Source of the DNA: Lepidodermella squamata
Taxonomy: Eukaryota; Animalia; Gastrotricha
Assembly: GCA_047495785.1 (NCBI GenBank)
Contig: JBLDXI010000024.1
Coordinates: 1,116,001 to 1,180,000, forward strand
Length of the DNA: 64,000 nt
Direction of reading: 5' to 3'
Of the stretch, positions 35,426 to 49,049 are shown in pieces. The notes under the pieces are model-generated. The model was given only the letters and a program-made list of their open reading frames with translations, made no database searches and had not been told where the DNA came from. The first letter of the stretch is position 1. Each line of letters opens with the position of its first letter. The position numbers were made by a program, and so were the translations under genes.

Positions 35426-36600
35426 AGCAGCTGATCATTATGAATAAATTGAATAATATGTCGATTTGTTGTTAAAAGCTTCAACCCTTTATTCTATATT
35501 GAATGCTCAAGTCTAAGTGCAAATTCCCCGATCAGCCCTAATATGAACATAGTTGATCGGTACTTTTCTCTGATAACCCAGTCTTCGCCTCCGTATTGGT
35601 CATCCTCCATCAAATCGGGTGGATATTTTCGTTCTTTCGGAAATATCCTGCCTATCGAGGCACGCAGCTTCTCGATTAGGCTGAAACCAGGCAAACCGAT
35701 TTTAGCCTAAAGCTTCATTCTCTATTCCAGCACGAAGCCACCTATTAGTCGCTGTGTATAATCCTCGGCTGACAACCTCGCGTTGAAGCAGCCATGTTAC
35801 GTGGTTATTGACTCGATGAATGGGATTGCCACGCGCTAGTAGTAGTATCGATTGATGGCGGGCAGCTTGTTGTTGTAAATAACTGACGATGTTGGCGTAT
35901 CGATAATACGAGCAGCAACAAGTTGTTTGAAAAATTCTCAGGAATGCGCGTTCTAAAAAACGGCACTCGAACCGGTATCGGCAGTAACCTCAGAAAATTG
36001 AATATTTGAAACATTTGGCGACGATGAACACCAAACATTATGTCTAAGAACTCGTGTTGACGCACTCGTGCTGTTGACTCGGCTTGAGCCTCGTTTAATC
36101 ACCTCGGCTTCGTCCCGACGATGAAAATAACGTTTGACGGCTATCATCGCAAAACAGTTAAATAAGAAATAAGAATACGTGTTCTGCTTCATCAATGACT
36201 CACGCTTGAGTTCCTTGAGATTTTAGATTATCTGATGTTTGATGTTTCTAATACTGCCATGTATCTGTCTTGTTCTTGCTCGTCATTCAGTTGACAGCTT
36301 TTCGCTATGATGATGAAATTTAGGGTACGCACATTGCTCATTTCTGATCCATCCACGACTCATGGCTGAAAGATTAGGATATCCCTCGTAATTTGAGATT
36401 TTAGATTGCCTGTTTCATTGGTGGCAACTGCGAGCTCTTATTCCATGTCTGATATTTTGCTAGTTCGTTGCCCTCCTTAATTTTACGCCACCCTTGTTGG
36501 CGATTGTTGATATTTTCGATAGCTCTTATTTGAATTTTAGGTTTTCTCATGGCTCACAGCTCATGAGAATTTTGTGATATTCCGTTGGTCACTTGCAGCA

Positions 36601-39600
36601 ATGCTCACGCGCTTCTACGCGTTGGTTGTTTGCCTTCTTCTGCCAGTTAACTTGGTCGCCGAAAATTGGAGACGGCTCGATATCAAGTTAAACGAAACCT
36701 TCCAGGGCAATGTAGAAGTGTTTGGAAGAGGTAAAGATCCGCGTTATTTATACACGATTGCGGATGCGAAGCCCAACGCTCAGCCCTTCAGTCTCAACAA
36801 GTACAGTGGAGCTCTGGTAGTGCTGCCCAAGGGATTCGATTTTGATAAGGGGCCGGAATTCCGCCATTATTATTTGTGGATCAAAGTTACATCTCAATAC
36901 GATAAAACAAGTAATACATGATTTGCTATTGGTATATTACCTGTGGTAATTTAACTGTTGTCTGTCTTAGTGAACGATACTTTCCCAGTCAAAATAGAAG
37001 TTCTGGATGTCAACGATAAACCGCCGGCATTTGTGAATGAGCCTCGCGTGTTGATGGCCAGCATAGCTGCTACTGCTTCCGTGGGTTCCTTTGTTTTCCA
37101 GCTTAATGCAACTGACCCAGATTCCACCGCGATTATCCGCTACTCTCTCACAGATTTCGTTGCTAAAGGTAATTAGAGCTTTTCATTTGCATTACCTGTC
37201 TCAAGTCAATAATTGTTCAGGGAGATTTGTCATCGACCCTTCATCCGGCATCATCCGCCTGGGCCGTGTTGGATCGTTGAGTAGTACCGCGGGAACGCGG
37301 TATGAGTTAGCGGTTGAAGCGAGAGATATCAGGGGAGAAGTTAACAATCCCCAAATCGCGAAATCACGCCTTGTAGTGATTGTTGATCCAGTGAAGCCGC
37401 AGTTCTATGAGCCGATGACGTCCATCAATTTCAACGAAAAGCAACCTGCTAATACACTGTAAGTTTGTTTCTTAAAAATTGTCGTTTAATCAGTTGGTTC
37501 GGCTTATTCAGGGCGTGGACAGTCAGAGCTAAGTCGTTTCAGCAGCAGTTTCTCAGCTACTCTATGACGGGCTCGTCAGCAGCGATGTCCGCTTTCTCTC
37601 TTGATGCTGCAACTGGTGCTGTAAGATGCACGCGTCTTCTAAATTTCGATAACATCAAGGAACCTCGATATTACAACTTCACTGTTTCTGCAACCGAACT
37701 TGGACCACCTGGTTTAATTGCGTCGGCGCCTTTAGTTATCAAATTGGCCGATGTTAACGACCACCCGCCAGTATTTCAGTTATCAGACTTTAATCTCGAG
37801 CCGATCCGTGAGGATGCACTTCTTGATCGAACTCTGTTTACATTCGAGGCTACGGACGCGGATTCTGACGAAAACGGTCAAATTAACTATGAGTTGATTC
37901 CAGTTTTAGACCTGGCTTATAAATTCGGCCATGCGGAAGATTCCGGCAGCTTCACTGTTGTTAAGGAAACTGGAGAGCTAAAGCCAGTGTTACCCCTAGA
38001 TTATGATCGCACCCCGAGCCGGGCTTATTGGTTCCGTGTTTCAGCCTTTAATTTGAATCCGAACAAGTCTCTTTCAACTACCGCCAGAGTTCGAGTTCCT
38101 CTGCTCAACGTCAATGACGAACATCCGGAATTTTTGGTGGACAGCTTGAATGAAGGTTTTGAAACCTATTTGATGGAAGATGCTCCAGCGTCGAAAAATA
38201 TTGTCGTTGGCGTCGTGCGTACCGACGATCCTGATGGTGACAACGTATTTTATGGCATCGTTAATTTCGCAACGATTCCCAGCGCACGTGAGTATTTTTT
38301 ATTAATTTCAGTATTGGGCATAAATATTGGGCAGACTTTATTCCCACATGCCCATGCTTTATGATACATGTGGTAGAAGTGGTAATAGTGATGAAAAGTG
38401 AAAATGATCATAATAATTATTTTTTGTTTAGCTGTGTATAGTTTATTTCCTTTTGCCATCGATCGTGTCAGCGGCGTCATTCGTCAGGTCGGACCGTTGG
38501 CTCCTGGTGTTTCCGCCTACGTGCTCAACGTGTCGGCAGAGGATGACGGCTCGTGTTGCAACCAGCCGTTTAACTCGCGCCACATCAGTTACACCAAATT
38601 CATTATCAATATTCAAGACGTAAATAACAACCGACCGAAACTTGACTGCAGCGCTTGCAACGGAACTACAATCAAAGAGGGCCAGTATGCTAATGAGACT
38701 ATTTGTAAACTGAAAGCCACCGACGGGGATCTTGGCGATAACGGAATGGTTCGGTTTTCGTTACGTGGGAAGGATTTCTTCACCGTTGACCCGGAAACCG
38801 GTTCCGTTTCTGTTGTAAATGCTAATTTGAACCGTGATAAAATGGGCGGTCGTCATTGGATATACCTAACCGGTATTGCCGTAGACAATGGCAAACCTCG
38901 CCTAAGCGATTACTGCACTTTCCAAATAACGGTTTGTGTAAACGAAAAACTGTTTGAACTGTTTGAAATGACCTGAAAAATAATAGATTGAGGACGCAAA
39001 TGATAGCAAGCCGATGCTTGATCTTCCACTTGATTACAATTTTTACGTCGGCAGTCTTTCTCCGGGAACAACAGTCGCAGTTCTGTCTGCGATCGATAAA
39101 GATACCGGACCTAACGGACAGGTAAAGAAAGTATTTCGCATCAGATTTTCTTTATACTGGGTTTTATAGGTCAGCTTCTACGTCGAACCGTCGTCACAAC
39201 TTGCCGATTTCTTCGTGACTGAGTCCAGCCCCGAGCAAAACTCGGGTGTTGTGAAAATTGCAGATGGCGTCGATGAGCTGCAATTGCAGCGCTTGGCTGA
39301 TTCGAAGCGGAAAATTGTTCTTCCACTGATCTTACGCGATCATGGAATGCCGGCGTTGTCAACGAACGTCTCAATTAACATCCAGCTGAGTACTGGCGGT
39401 GAATTGCGACCAGTTTGGGACGAACAGAAAAGCTCAATCGTTCTCGCTATTAACGAAACCACGAAACCTGGATTCACTATTGCGAGTCTTACCGCTGGAG
39501 TCCCGGGTCACGATGGCAGTATTCGTTATTTGATTCCGACTCGCGACACCAATCCGAACGAATTTTCGAAGAGCATTCCTTTTTCGTACGAAACGGAAAG

Positions 39601-42600
39601 TACGGGAAGGAAGTCTGTCCGAATTTACCTCGACAGCCCTATAAACGCCGAAGTCAAAGACCGATACGTGTTTTCAGTCCGAGCAACGGTATGCGATGAT
39701 AAAATATATAATTTTATTTCATATATATTAAAGGCTATCTCAAGAAAATTAAAGTGAACTTTTTCAAGGGATTCTATTAAAGTTATTAAGTATGGAGAAT
39801 ATACCGGGGAACAGTAATGGAACACCCATGAACATCTGGTTGTATGTGTATAAAAATGGTTGCCGTTTTTGTTTACCTCAACAGAGCTCGCCAAGTCAGC
39901 TGTCAATTGACCGCCTAATCAATATCACTATTCTCGACGTGAACGACGAGGTGCCGTTTTTTCTCAACACCGACCCCGACAATAACTGTTACTACGGAAG
40001 TTTCCCGGAAAACCCTCTTAACGTGGGTATCCTGGTGGCAACGGCAAGAGCGGACGATCTTGATACGACAGCCCCTAATAACGTTATCTCGCGCTACGAA
40101 CTGCGCTACACCGATGAAGAGGATGCCGGTCAGTTCCTTGTAACCATAGTATCATCAAGTGAGAAAATCACTTCCGGCTAAACGTGAGAAATGAGATTGA
40201 AAAATCAAATTCAAAGACTAGCTTCCAACTTAACAATCATTAACAATTTTTATACCAAATATTGAACCTTGTAATTTCAATTTCAGGTAAATTCGTCATC
40301 GATCCAAAAACAGGGGAAATCAGAACAAACAGCACTGATTTCGACTTTGAAAGGAAGCAGTTGTACTCAATAGGTATTGTGGCTTTTGATGGCGCTTCAA
40401 GTCCTTTGAATGGCTACACTGGCCCTAATGTCGGCGAAACGTTCCTTCAAATTCAAATTTTGGATGTCAATGACAACCCACCTCAATTTTCGAACAAGAC
40501 CATCGACGGCGTGATTGAGGAGCATGCGCCGCGTGGCACCAAAGTTCTGCAAATTACGGCAATCGACCTTGATCAATGGGATGAATTGCAATACGAAATA
40601 ATGTCAGGCGATCCTCAAGGCGTTTTCATCGTTCGAGGCGACGCAATTCACGTTAATAATCCACTGAAATTGAATGCTGATATGGTCGATGAATACAGTT
40701 TGGTTTACCGTGCATTCGACAACCAATTTTCAGCTTTCATCAATGTAACAATCCGAGTCACGAATATAGTCGATGAGCCGCCGAGTTTTGTTCAGCAGTT
40801 ATACACAACACAGCCTATCGTTGAAAATGACCCTTCTAATCGCTTCTTAGTCAAAGTTGACGCGATGAGCAAGGAAAACTCAACTCTTCGTTTTTCACTA
40901 GCCGGCGATCAGTCCTCTCAGTTTTCGATTGTGAATAACGAAATTTGGTTGTCGAGCCCGCTTGATCATGACATTTTGACTGGTGGCCATCCGAAATACT
41001 TGTTCAATGTCGAAGCTTATGATAACGAGGGAAGGAAGCTAGGCCTTTTCGGTAGTGCTGTGGTCGAAGTCCCAGTTGTCGATATCAATGATAACGCGCC
41101 CGTTTTTCTGCGAGATACCCTTGTCGGCGAGGTGAAAGAGGGTCTCATAGAAGTTCAGACTGTGCTTCGGGTGGTGGCAATCGACGCTGATGCTGGTCGT
41201 AACGCGGAAATAACTTACGGATTAGCCACTCAGCAGAACTCGACAGAATTCGAGTTGGACGAGCGAAGTGGATTACTGCGAACTGTTTTTGGCTCGAAAT
41301 TAGAACGAGCTAATCCACCTAGCCCGATATTGCTGACTGTAGTAGCCAGTGACAGTGGCTCGCCGTCACTTTCTACCACCGAGACACTCACGATAAGTGT
41401 TGTAGATATCAATAACCACTCGCCGAAATGCTCGATTCCAGAGCAGAATATTGAAATGTTTGAAGATGCGTCCTCCGAAATGCCGATCGCTATGGTCGCT
41501 GCGACTGACAACGACGACCCGGATTCGCCGAATGGAATGTTGGATTTTATGCTGGACGAGGAATCTCAGACATTGTTCCTTTTATCAATCAACGAAAATG
41601 TCGGCTATATCTATCCGAAACCTTATGTCGTTGATTACGATCAGTTGAGATTGGAACAAAGCACAAGAGATCCTCGCATCGACCTAGAAATTACTGTCCT
41701 AGATCGAGGATCTCCGGCGATGGCGGTGGCGACTTGTCGAGTTAATGTCACGGTTAGGAATGCTTACGATAACCCACCGCGCTTTTCACCGTCATGGGAC
41801 CAGATTTCCATTCGAGAAAACTTGGCTTTAAGAACCGTGGTATATCAAAATTTCTCGGTAAAAAATGGCGATTCTAGCTCTGGTAAATTCACGTACCGTA
41901 TCGTTGAATCGACGAATCGACGGAGGCAGTTTGACATTTCGCCAGAGTCGCAACATACAAGTCGTCCGGTTCTTACATTAGTCGAGAGGCTTGATCGTGA
42001 GACGGTGCCTGATTATTGGCTTGAAATTCTCGCCATCGACGACCAATCGCCCGAAATGACTGGAACCGCCACGTTGTCCATTGTTTTGATCGATGTCAAT
42101 AACCACCCGCCTCACTTGGCGCCGCTCGATTCACCGGCCATTGTTGCCGAGCGGACTTCGATAAACCCATCACTAGTAATTGCTACTATAAAAGCCGAAG
42201 ACCCTGATACACCGGCCTCAAACGGACACGCATTTGGCTTTGAACTCGACTGTCAATCAGATCCGGCGATTTGCGACAAATTTACGCTGGATTACAATTA
42301 TACTGGATCAACAGCTCGTGTTTATGTAAAAGCCCATGCTGAACAGTTCAATCGAACTATGAAGTCGAGCTATCAACTGCCAATTGTCGTTTGGGACAAC
42401 GCGGTTAGAGGCGGTAAAACGTCTTCATCCTTGTCTTATCGGGATTACTTAACAGTAATAGTCGCCGGAGGTGATTACTACCCACATAAATCTGCTCATA
42501 AAGAGATCTCAGTCATGCTATACACCGATTGGCTGAGGAGGCCTGAGTTTGAATGGATCGCTGTTGGCCGTCCATTCGTCCAAGACAAAGATGACTTGGA

Positions 42601-44977
42601 CTTTCCATACAAACAGTTCAAAATTACTCGAAGCTCCAACACTTCAGTTGTTGGATTCAAGCCTGATAGTGGGCAAATCATGATTTACGCGCCCAAAGTT
42701 CAACCTGGTACTTATGAGCTGCAATTTCAAATCATCGACGATAAATTGAATGTGGAAGCAAATTCTAGTGTTACAATCAACGTCGAAATTTTGCCGCAAA
42801 TTTTTCTATCCGGCGCGCATTCCCTTCGACTCAATGGTCTATCGTCCTTTCAAGTCGTTAGTGCTGGTGAGACACCTGCGCGGACTAAGCGAGACGTGTC
42901 TTCTGCATATGTCAGTAGCCGTTTGTCCCGCCTGCGAAACACCATTGCCGCAATTTTTAATGTTGATGTTGTAAATGTGACAATGCTATCGGTTTCCGAC
43001 GTTCCGGCTATACCTGGTTACTTACCGAATGGCCCAAGATCGCCAGCCACTGACGTGTTTTTCACGATTGCTGACCAAACTGGGAATTTTGACCCGAAAT
43101 TCAGCCGCGATTTTGTATCATCTAAGCTATTGGCAAATAAGCGCCAAATTGAGGAGACTGTGGATGTTGAAATCAGCGGCGCACCCGGTGACGCTTGCAG
43201 CCCTGATCCGCTGTCTGTTTGCCCGAATTCCGACTCATGCTTCACAACTATTCAGCTGGATGATACGAGCCCGTTGATGATTGATGCGAATGCAACGCCG
43301 TTCGTCAGTGTTAAGCTGTCAATGGCTCCGGCTTGCAGTGGTTGCCCGGCTGCTTCGGCCATCGATTCTGTCAAAACATGTAGCTGTATCGCGGGTCGTG
43401 GAACCTGTTTGAACGAAACCCATCCATCCGGCTGCTCCTGCACCGCTCCTTTCGACGGACCTCGCTGTGAAATGACTTCACGCTCATTCCAATGGCCTGG
43501 TGGTGGCTATGTAGTTTTGCCTTTGAAGCCATTCCCGACTGCTTGTAACTCCGGAACATTCAAAATGGAAATTCTCCCGAATCAAACCAGCACTGATACT
43601 CTGGTGATGTTCCTCGGCGCAACTTGGTTGTTGCCTAATGCGACAAATTGTCCGTTTTTGATGCTCGAGATAATTTCTGGCCAGCCGCAGTTGACTATAG
43701 ACCTTTGCTCGGCTTCCACTCTAACGCCGACAGTCATGCGTTTGGGAAATATTGGAGACGCACTGGCACCTGGAAGATCTTTCCGGCTGGAGGTTACGTG
43801 GTCAGGGGCCAAATTCACCATGATGTCACCAGATTGCCGGAGCCCGTGCGCCGTCACTGCTGTTGTGCCCGGCCCTGGTCGCCTGTTGACTGGTACAAGC
43901 GTTGTACTGCTCGGCGGGAAGCCTTTACCCGGCGAATTCCAGCTCGACGAGATCGCTCAATTGAAGCAAACCCGCTCAAGCAATTTTTCAGGCTGCTTAC
44001 GCAATTTGTGGATCAACAATGAACTGTATGATTTGTGGCTCGATGGTATGGACGCAACGTATGGCCGAACTGTGCCTGGCTGTCCTAGCTCATTTCTGGC
44101 GTGTAACGCTGATTTGACAACAACAAAACCTGCTCAATCCGCCACCACATCGATAATGAACGCTGCGACCCCGACTAGCATGCAATGCAACAACCCGACG
44201 CTGAGTCAGTGCGCGTCCGCTGCTAATCGACCGGCCTACTGCCGATGCAAACCAGGTCATTCGGGTAAATTCTGCGAAAACGAGACGGTTCCGTTTAGTT
44301 TCGGCCAGCAGAGCTTTATTCGCTGGGAAATGCAGCCTAGCGAGGTCAGCATTCAGTCTGCCTACATCGAAATGCAAGTTTCGTTCCGGAGCCGCGATCG
44401 GGATGGAATTTTATTCTGGCTTGACTCGGCTCAAGTTTTGAGCCAGCAAGTTATGAGCAGGCGCCGGATAAACGAACCCGATCACGTTGCTCTGCTCATC
44501 TCCAGCGGTCTTCTGGCTGCGAAAATTCAGTTACCGCCGATGAAAGAATCTGATTCAATCTACTACCGATCTTTTGACTTGCCTAGTGTTGTAGACGGCG
44601 CTTGGCACACGGCGTTGTTGACGGTTGATTTCGTGGCGTGCTCGCTTCGCATGAAGCTAAACCACGGCCAGGGCGCATCGCACAACATGATGTGGCCGTT
44701 ACCCGATTCAGTTTGCAGTCCAACATCGCGCAGCCCCGTATTCCTCCTCGGGCCTGCTGGGTTTTGGTACGCCGGTGGTCGGCCTGACGTTGTTGGATCG
44801 GAGGATTTGCAACTTAACAACGCGTGTTTGCAAGATGTCAGAATCAATGGCTATGTACTCCCGATGTCAGCATCTGAGACGACCAGTCCGCTGGCCAAAG
44901 TCGTTGATTCGCAGGGTGTCTCTAGCGGGTGTTCAGCCGTTCCATCACCGGCGCCTCGAGACTTTTCGGTGTTATAA
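36601..44977 (+). CDS. DN-cadherin-like (type III classical-type) cadherin ectodomain: ~15-16 cadherin repeats, RTKR site, EGF-LamG-EGF-LamG; no TM or cytoplasmic domain seen
   Basis: Signal MLTRFYALVVCLLLPVNLVA; many DxND.P, AxDxD and LDxE motifs; EDDGSCC motif; EGF (CSCTAPFDGPRC, CRCKPGHSGKFC); LamG (FSGCLRNLWIN, SFRSRDRDG, VDGAWH). About 9 exons, the last ~40288-44977. Confidence 0.88.
39740..39860 (-). mobile_element. CR1/L2-like LINE reverse transcriptase relic in cadherin intron
   Basis: Minus strand reads HYCSPVYSPYLITLIESLEKVH, resembling the EYCSPVWSP....I..LE.VQ motif C-terminal to CR1/Jockey-group RT domains. Confidence 0.65.
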
Positions 44978-45699
44978 TTATAATTTGTAATAACGAATCT
45001 GTAATTTAATTATTATAATAAATTTAATTATTGTTTATTAATTTGCATAAGCAATTATTACAGAAATCAGATTGAAGCAAAGCCGAGTCGGCATGACACA
45101 AAATAACGCCAATCCATAAATAATATAAACGATATGAACGAGGGAGTGTCTTATCGTCGTCGACATCGTCTTATACTATTATTTTTCGTTCCTTATTTTT
45201 GGTTTCAAGTTTTTCGAGTCGCAGTATTTTCCTAGCCTTCGCCGCCTTTCCGCGGCAATTTTGAACTCGTCACGCGTCCATAAGCCGAACCAACGCCAAC
45301 TCTGGACCCCGAACAACCGATCGCGGCAGTCGTCAAGCCTCTCAGAAATTTTGTTCCTTTTAGACTCCTGCTTCTCCCTAGAACCCAAGAATATTTGCCG
45401 TGACCTCATTTTGGATTTTGGGACATAACTGGCTCAAAAATGTTACAGATGTAGGGGGTCTTTTGAAGATCATCGGCAGACAACCAGTCTTTGAGCTTTC
45501 AAAATTAATGTAATGACATCAATTTTCGGCCAAATCGCCCAAAGTACCCATTTCACCCCTAACGACGGTAGTCTGAATTATTGCAATAAAAAATTTATTA
45601 GAGAAATTTGAAATTTCGTTCAACCGGTATCAAATTGTAACACGTATTTTTGGAACACTGACGGTAGAAATTAGCATAATATATCACGGCAAAATGATT

Positions 45700-48600
45700 T
45701 CACACATGGAAATCACAACCGTTTGAAGTTACATTACACCGGACTGGTTTTGGCTCCATGTACTGGTGGCTGATATCTGTCGATGCTGTACTGTTTCCAC
45801 CTGAAGATCTACTCGCATCTTTGTCGGCTCGAAGAATGTTCAGCAACTCGCTGAATCGAGGCCTTGCAAGCCGATGCGGCAACCAACAACGCTTCATAAT
45901 TTTGAAATATCTGAAAAATTAATAATTGAATTAGTTTCAAATTATCTTGATACGAATTTTCTTACAAATCTGTTGTGCAGTGAAGAGGTTGATCAGGGTG
46001 GCCGGAGTATTTGCTGACGAAATCGAAAACTTCAACATTCGATCGGGTATCATAAGGCCGCAGGCCATTTGAGCAAATTTCCCAGCAAACAACGCCAAAA
46101 CTCCACACATCACTTCGCTCCTCGAACAAAAAGCTTGACTGCAGCGATTCAGGCGGCCACCATCGGATGGGAATTGGCCGATTACGATCAATTGGCTTGT
46201 AGTACTCTGACTCATTCAAATGCCTCGCCAGGCCGAAATCTGACAGTTTCAACAGAGTCATGTAAGGCAAATTTTCGACAAGAACATTTCGGCAGGCCAA
46301 GTCGCGATGGATGCAATTTTTCGAAGCTAAATAGGTCATTGCCGAGCAGATTTGGGTCATGAAGTTGACTCGATCCTCCATAGTCAAACTCACGCCTTTG
46401 TTCGATAAATAGCTACGCAAATCGCCTTCAGCCATGTAAGGAACCACGATTTGAAGACTCTGGCTATCTCGCGAGACGCAGATTCCGATCAATTTTAGAA
46501 TATTCACGTGGTTGAACGAGAACATTACAGCACTTTCGCGGATAAAGTCCAAATTTTCACTCGGTGATTCAGATCTCAATTGTTTAATCGCAACGTCTTC
46601 GAGGCCCTTCGGAGTTTTGAAGAATCCCTTATAGACAACGCCCTTACTACCCCGTCCTAACACGTTGTTTTGAGAGATGATCAGCGAGCTGCTGTCAATT
46701 GATGCAATCAAGAAAAACTGGCGCAGCTCGTCGCGTTCTGTCTGGGTCATCAGCGTGTTCGTGTCGTCAGCAATTATTGCGTCAATATAGGTCATTGCTT
46801 CGTTAATTTGTACGTATTTTTCGGCCTTGCGATTTTCCTTCGATTTTGATGATGCTTGGCGCACGTATAAAATAACTACACATATGGCAAGGCATGCTAC
46901 GATTGCCGATAAAACAGCCGCAACGATCGGCAAAGTTATGTTGGATCGAACTTGCTCGATTTGAGCTCCGGTCACCAAGTACTTCGTTGATAGAGAGTCA
47001 CATGCTAAAAAAGATTGAAAATTAATTATACAATTAAAAATTGTGAATAATTGTTTTTTAATTAAATTTAAAATTTATTAAAATTTAAAAATATTTTTTG
47101 TTACCATCATAGCAGGGAAAAACCGGTGTTTCATCGGCATGTTCGCTAGCTTTGATCACCTTACTCGCCGTGCAATTGACCCGACATAGCCCATTAGCGG
47201 TGCAGTTATTTTCCGGCTTTGCGAGGTACCACGTAACGTCGTCATTAATCGCGAGAACTTTGTCGATTTCCCAGTTTCCTAACGGTTTGTAACCGTAAAC
47301 TTCAGACCCAGACGATGTGAAAGACCTCGTGTAGCGGAATATGTCGTACTTTGGATAACCATCGCCTTGTTTGTAGAACGAGAAAGTTCGGTAGTTTTCG
47401 GTGGGAAATGAGACATTTAAAATGTGTTTGTACAGAGCGTAACCGTCGACAGAGACGTCGAAGTAAGAGGAATTGCAATAAAGAGGACTTAAGCGACATC
47501 GCTCGGTGTAGAAACTTCTGAGCCCGAACACGCCTGCGTAGATAGCATTGCTTATACTATCGAGGGCATCCGAATTAGGAAACTGCATGTCACCGAAATT
47601 TCTTTCGTCTAAAATTCAATAAATTTGCCAATAAATTATCAAAACATCAAAAACAAACCGCAAATTGAGTAAGATGAAGTTCTGTTCAGGGAGCACGGCT
47701 TGTTTTGAGTTTCGAAATATTCTAATACGAAAAAACGTTCATCTATCGGATGAAAAAATGGAAATATTTTACCGTTCAACCAAGGGTCTGTCTTTTCGTC
47801 CAAGCCTTGAAATATTTTCGTTGCCAGCCATTCTCGAAAATTGCTGTTCTTCTCATTCGGGTTTGATCGCATTTTCCCAGCGGAGGTACTTGGCCTGAAA
47901 GTTATCGACCACTGAGCTGCATTTTGCTGATTTGGCAAGGTTAGTTGGGATCCCCAAAAATCTCTGGAAAGTTAAGCAATAAAATAACACTCGGTTTTGC
48001 CATCAAAATTTACCCCGCAACTATGAATAATTTCGGATCCGGAATCTGAGCTAGCTTTTCCTTATTGCTCTGCTTTATCAGGGCATCCAACAGGCCTGAT
48101 ATTGAGGTAGCTTCACAGAAGCAAATTATAGGCCTGATTTGCCGATTTTCTAAAATTTTCGCAACGGCTTGGTCAAAATTAGAGTCGAGAGATTGGTTCA
48201 AAGGTAGGAGGATAGGTTGACCGCCCGCGATGCATACACTGGAATTCAGCAGGTGTTGGGCGACTGCCTCTCCGCCATTTTCCCCGTAGGCACCCTCGCT
48301 GTAAAGCAGATGGACGCATTTCCAGTCGAAACGACCAACAAGATCAGCAATCGCCTTCGCTAGGTAAAAATCTGAAGGCGAAGCCCGAGCGTAGAGGTTG
48401 TATTGGCTTCGGTCACTGAGTGCTGGTGACGTAGCGCTGTAGTCAATCTAAAAAAGCAGTTAATTATTAAAAAATCTTCCTTAATTAATTTACCATTGGA
48501 ATGCCGAAAGCAGCGAAATCTGGCGCGACTTTTTGAGCAACGCGACTGTAGCCGGCGCCAACTACAAAGGCAAGAGGCGGTGAACTCGGCGCTCTCGTCC

Positions 48601-49049
48601 GCCGTTTCACCAGCCAGTCTAAAATTTGCGATTTTGCATAGTTCTCCGATCCGCACGAGTCGACAATTTCGTAGCCGAGTTTTATTCCGTTCGGAAGAAT
48701 TGGCGGTTTGGCGTTATTAACATCCTCAATTATGCGACGGAATTGAGATATTAAAATCGCTTGATTATACGCTATTGTGCCACAAATGCTGAAATTCAGG
48801 CGTGAATAGACGAAAAAAATTGAATTTTAATTAATTTTACCTATCATCGCTTTGAAGACTGACTTTTGTGAACCGAGCAGGTACAAGGTAATTTACGGAA
48901 ATGGTTCCAGGATTCGGGGAAGATGTCTGAAAGTAAAAAAAATAGTTTTTTAATCGCATTAAAATAGTAATTTTAAATACCCTTAGAATTATTGCATGAG
49001 ATAAACCAGCTCCAATAAGCAAGACTAAACAGGCAAATTGGTGTGGCAT
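45700..49049 (-). CDS. Receptor tyrosine kinase with mGluR-like Venus flytrap ectodomain, copy 3 (diverged); ~9 exons
   Basis: Signal MPHQFACLVLLIGAGLSHA; ILPNGIKLGYEIVDSCGS, VVGAGYSRVA, DYSATSPALSD, YARASPSD, SEGAYGENG, DPWLNEYFE; TM helix; GRGSKG, VAIK, HRDLACRN, DFGLARHLNESEYY, SDVWSFG; tail ends DFHV*. Confidence 0.9.

Noticed and set aside
45410-45570. MITE-like fragment between cadherin and receptor copy 3
   Set aside because: Only one TIR-like end (tttcacccc...acggta) is visible; the element cannot be delimited.
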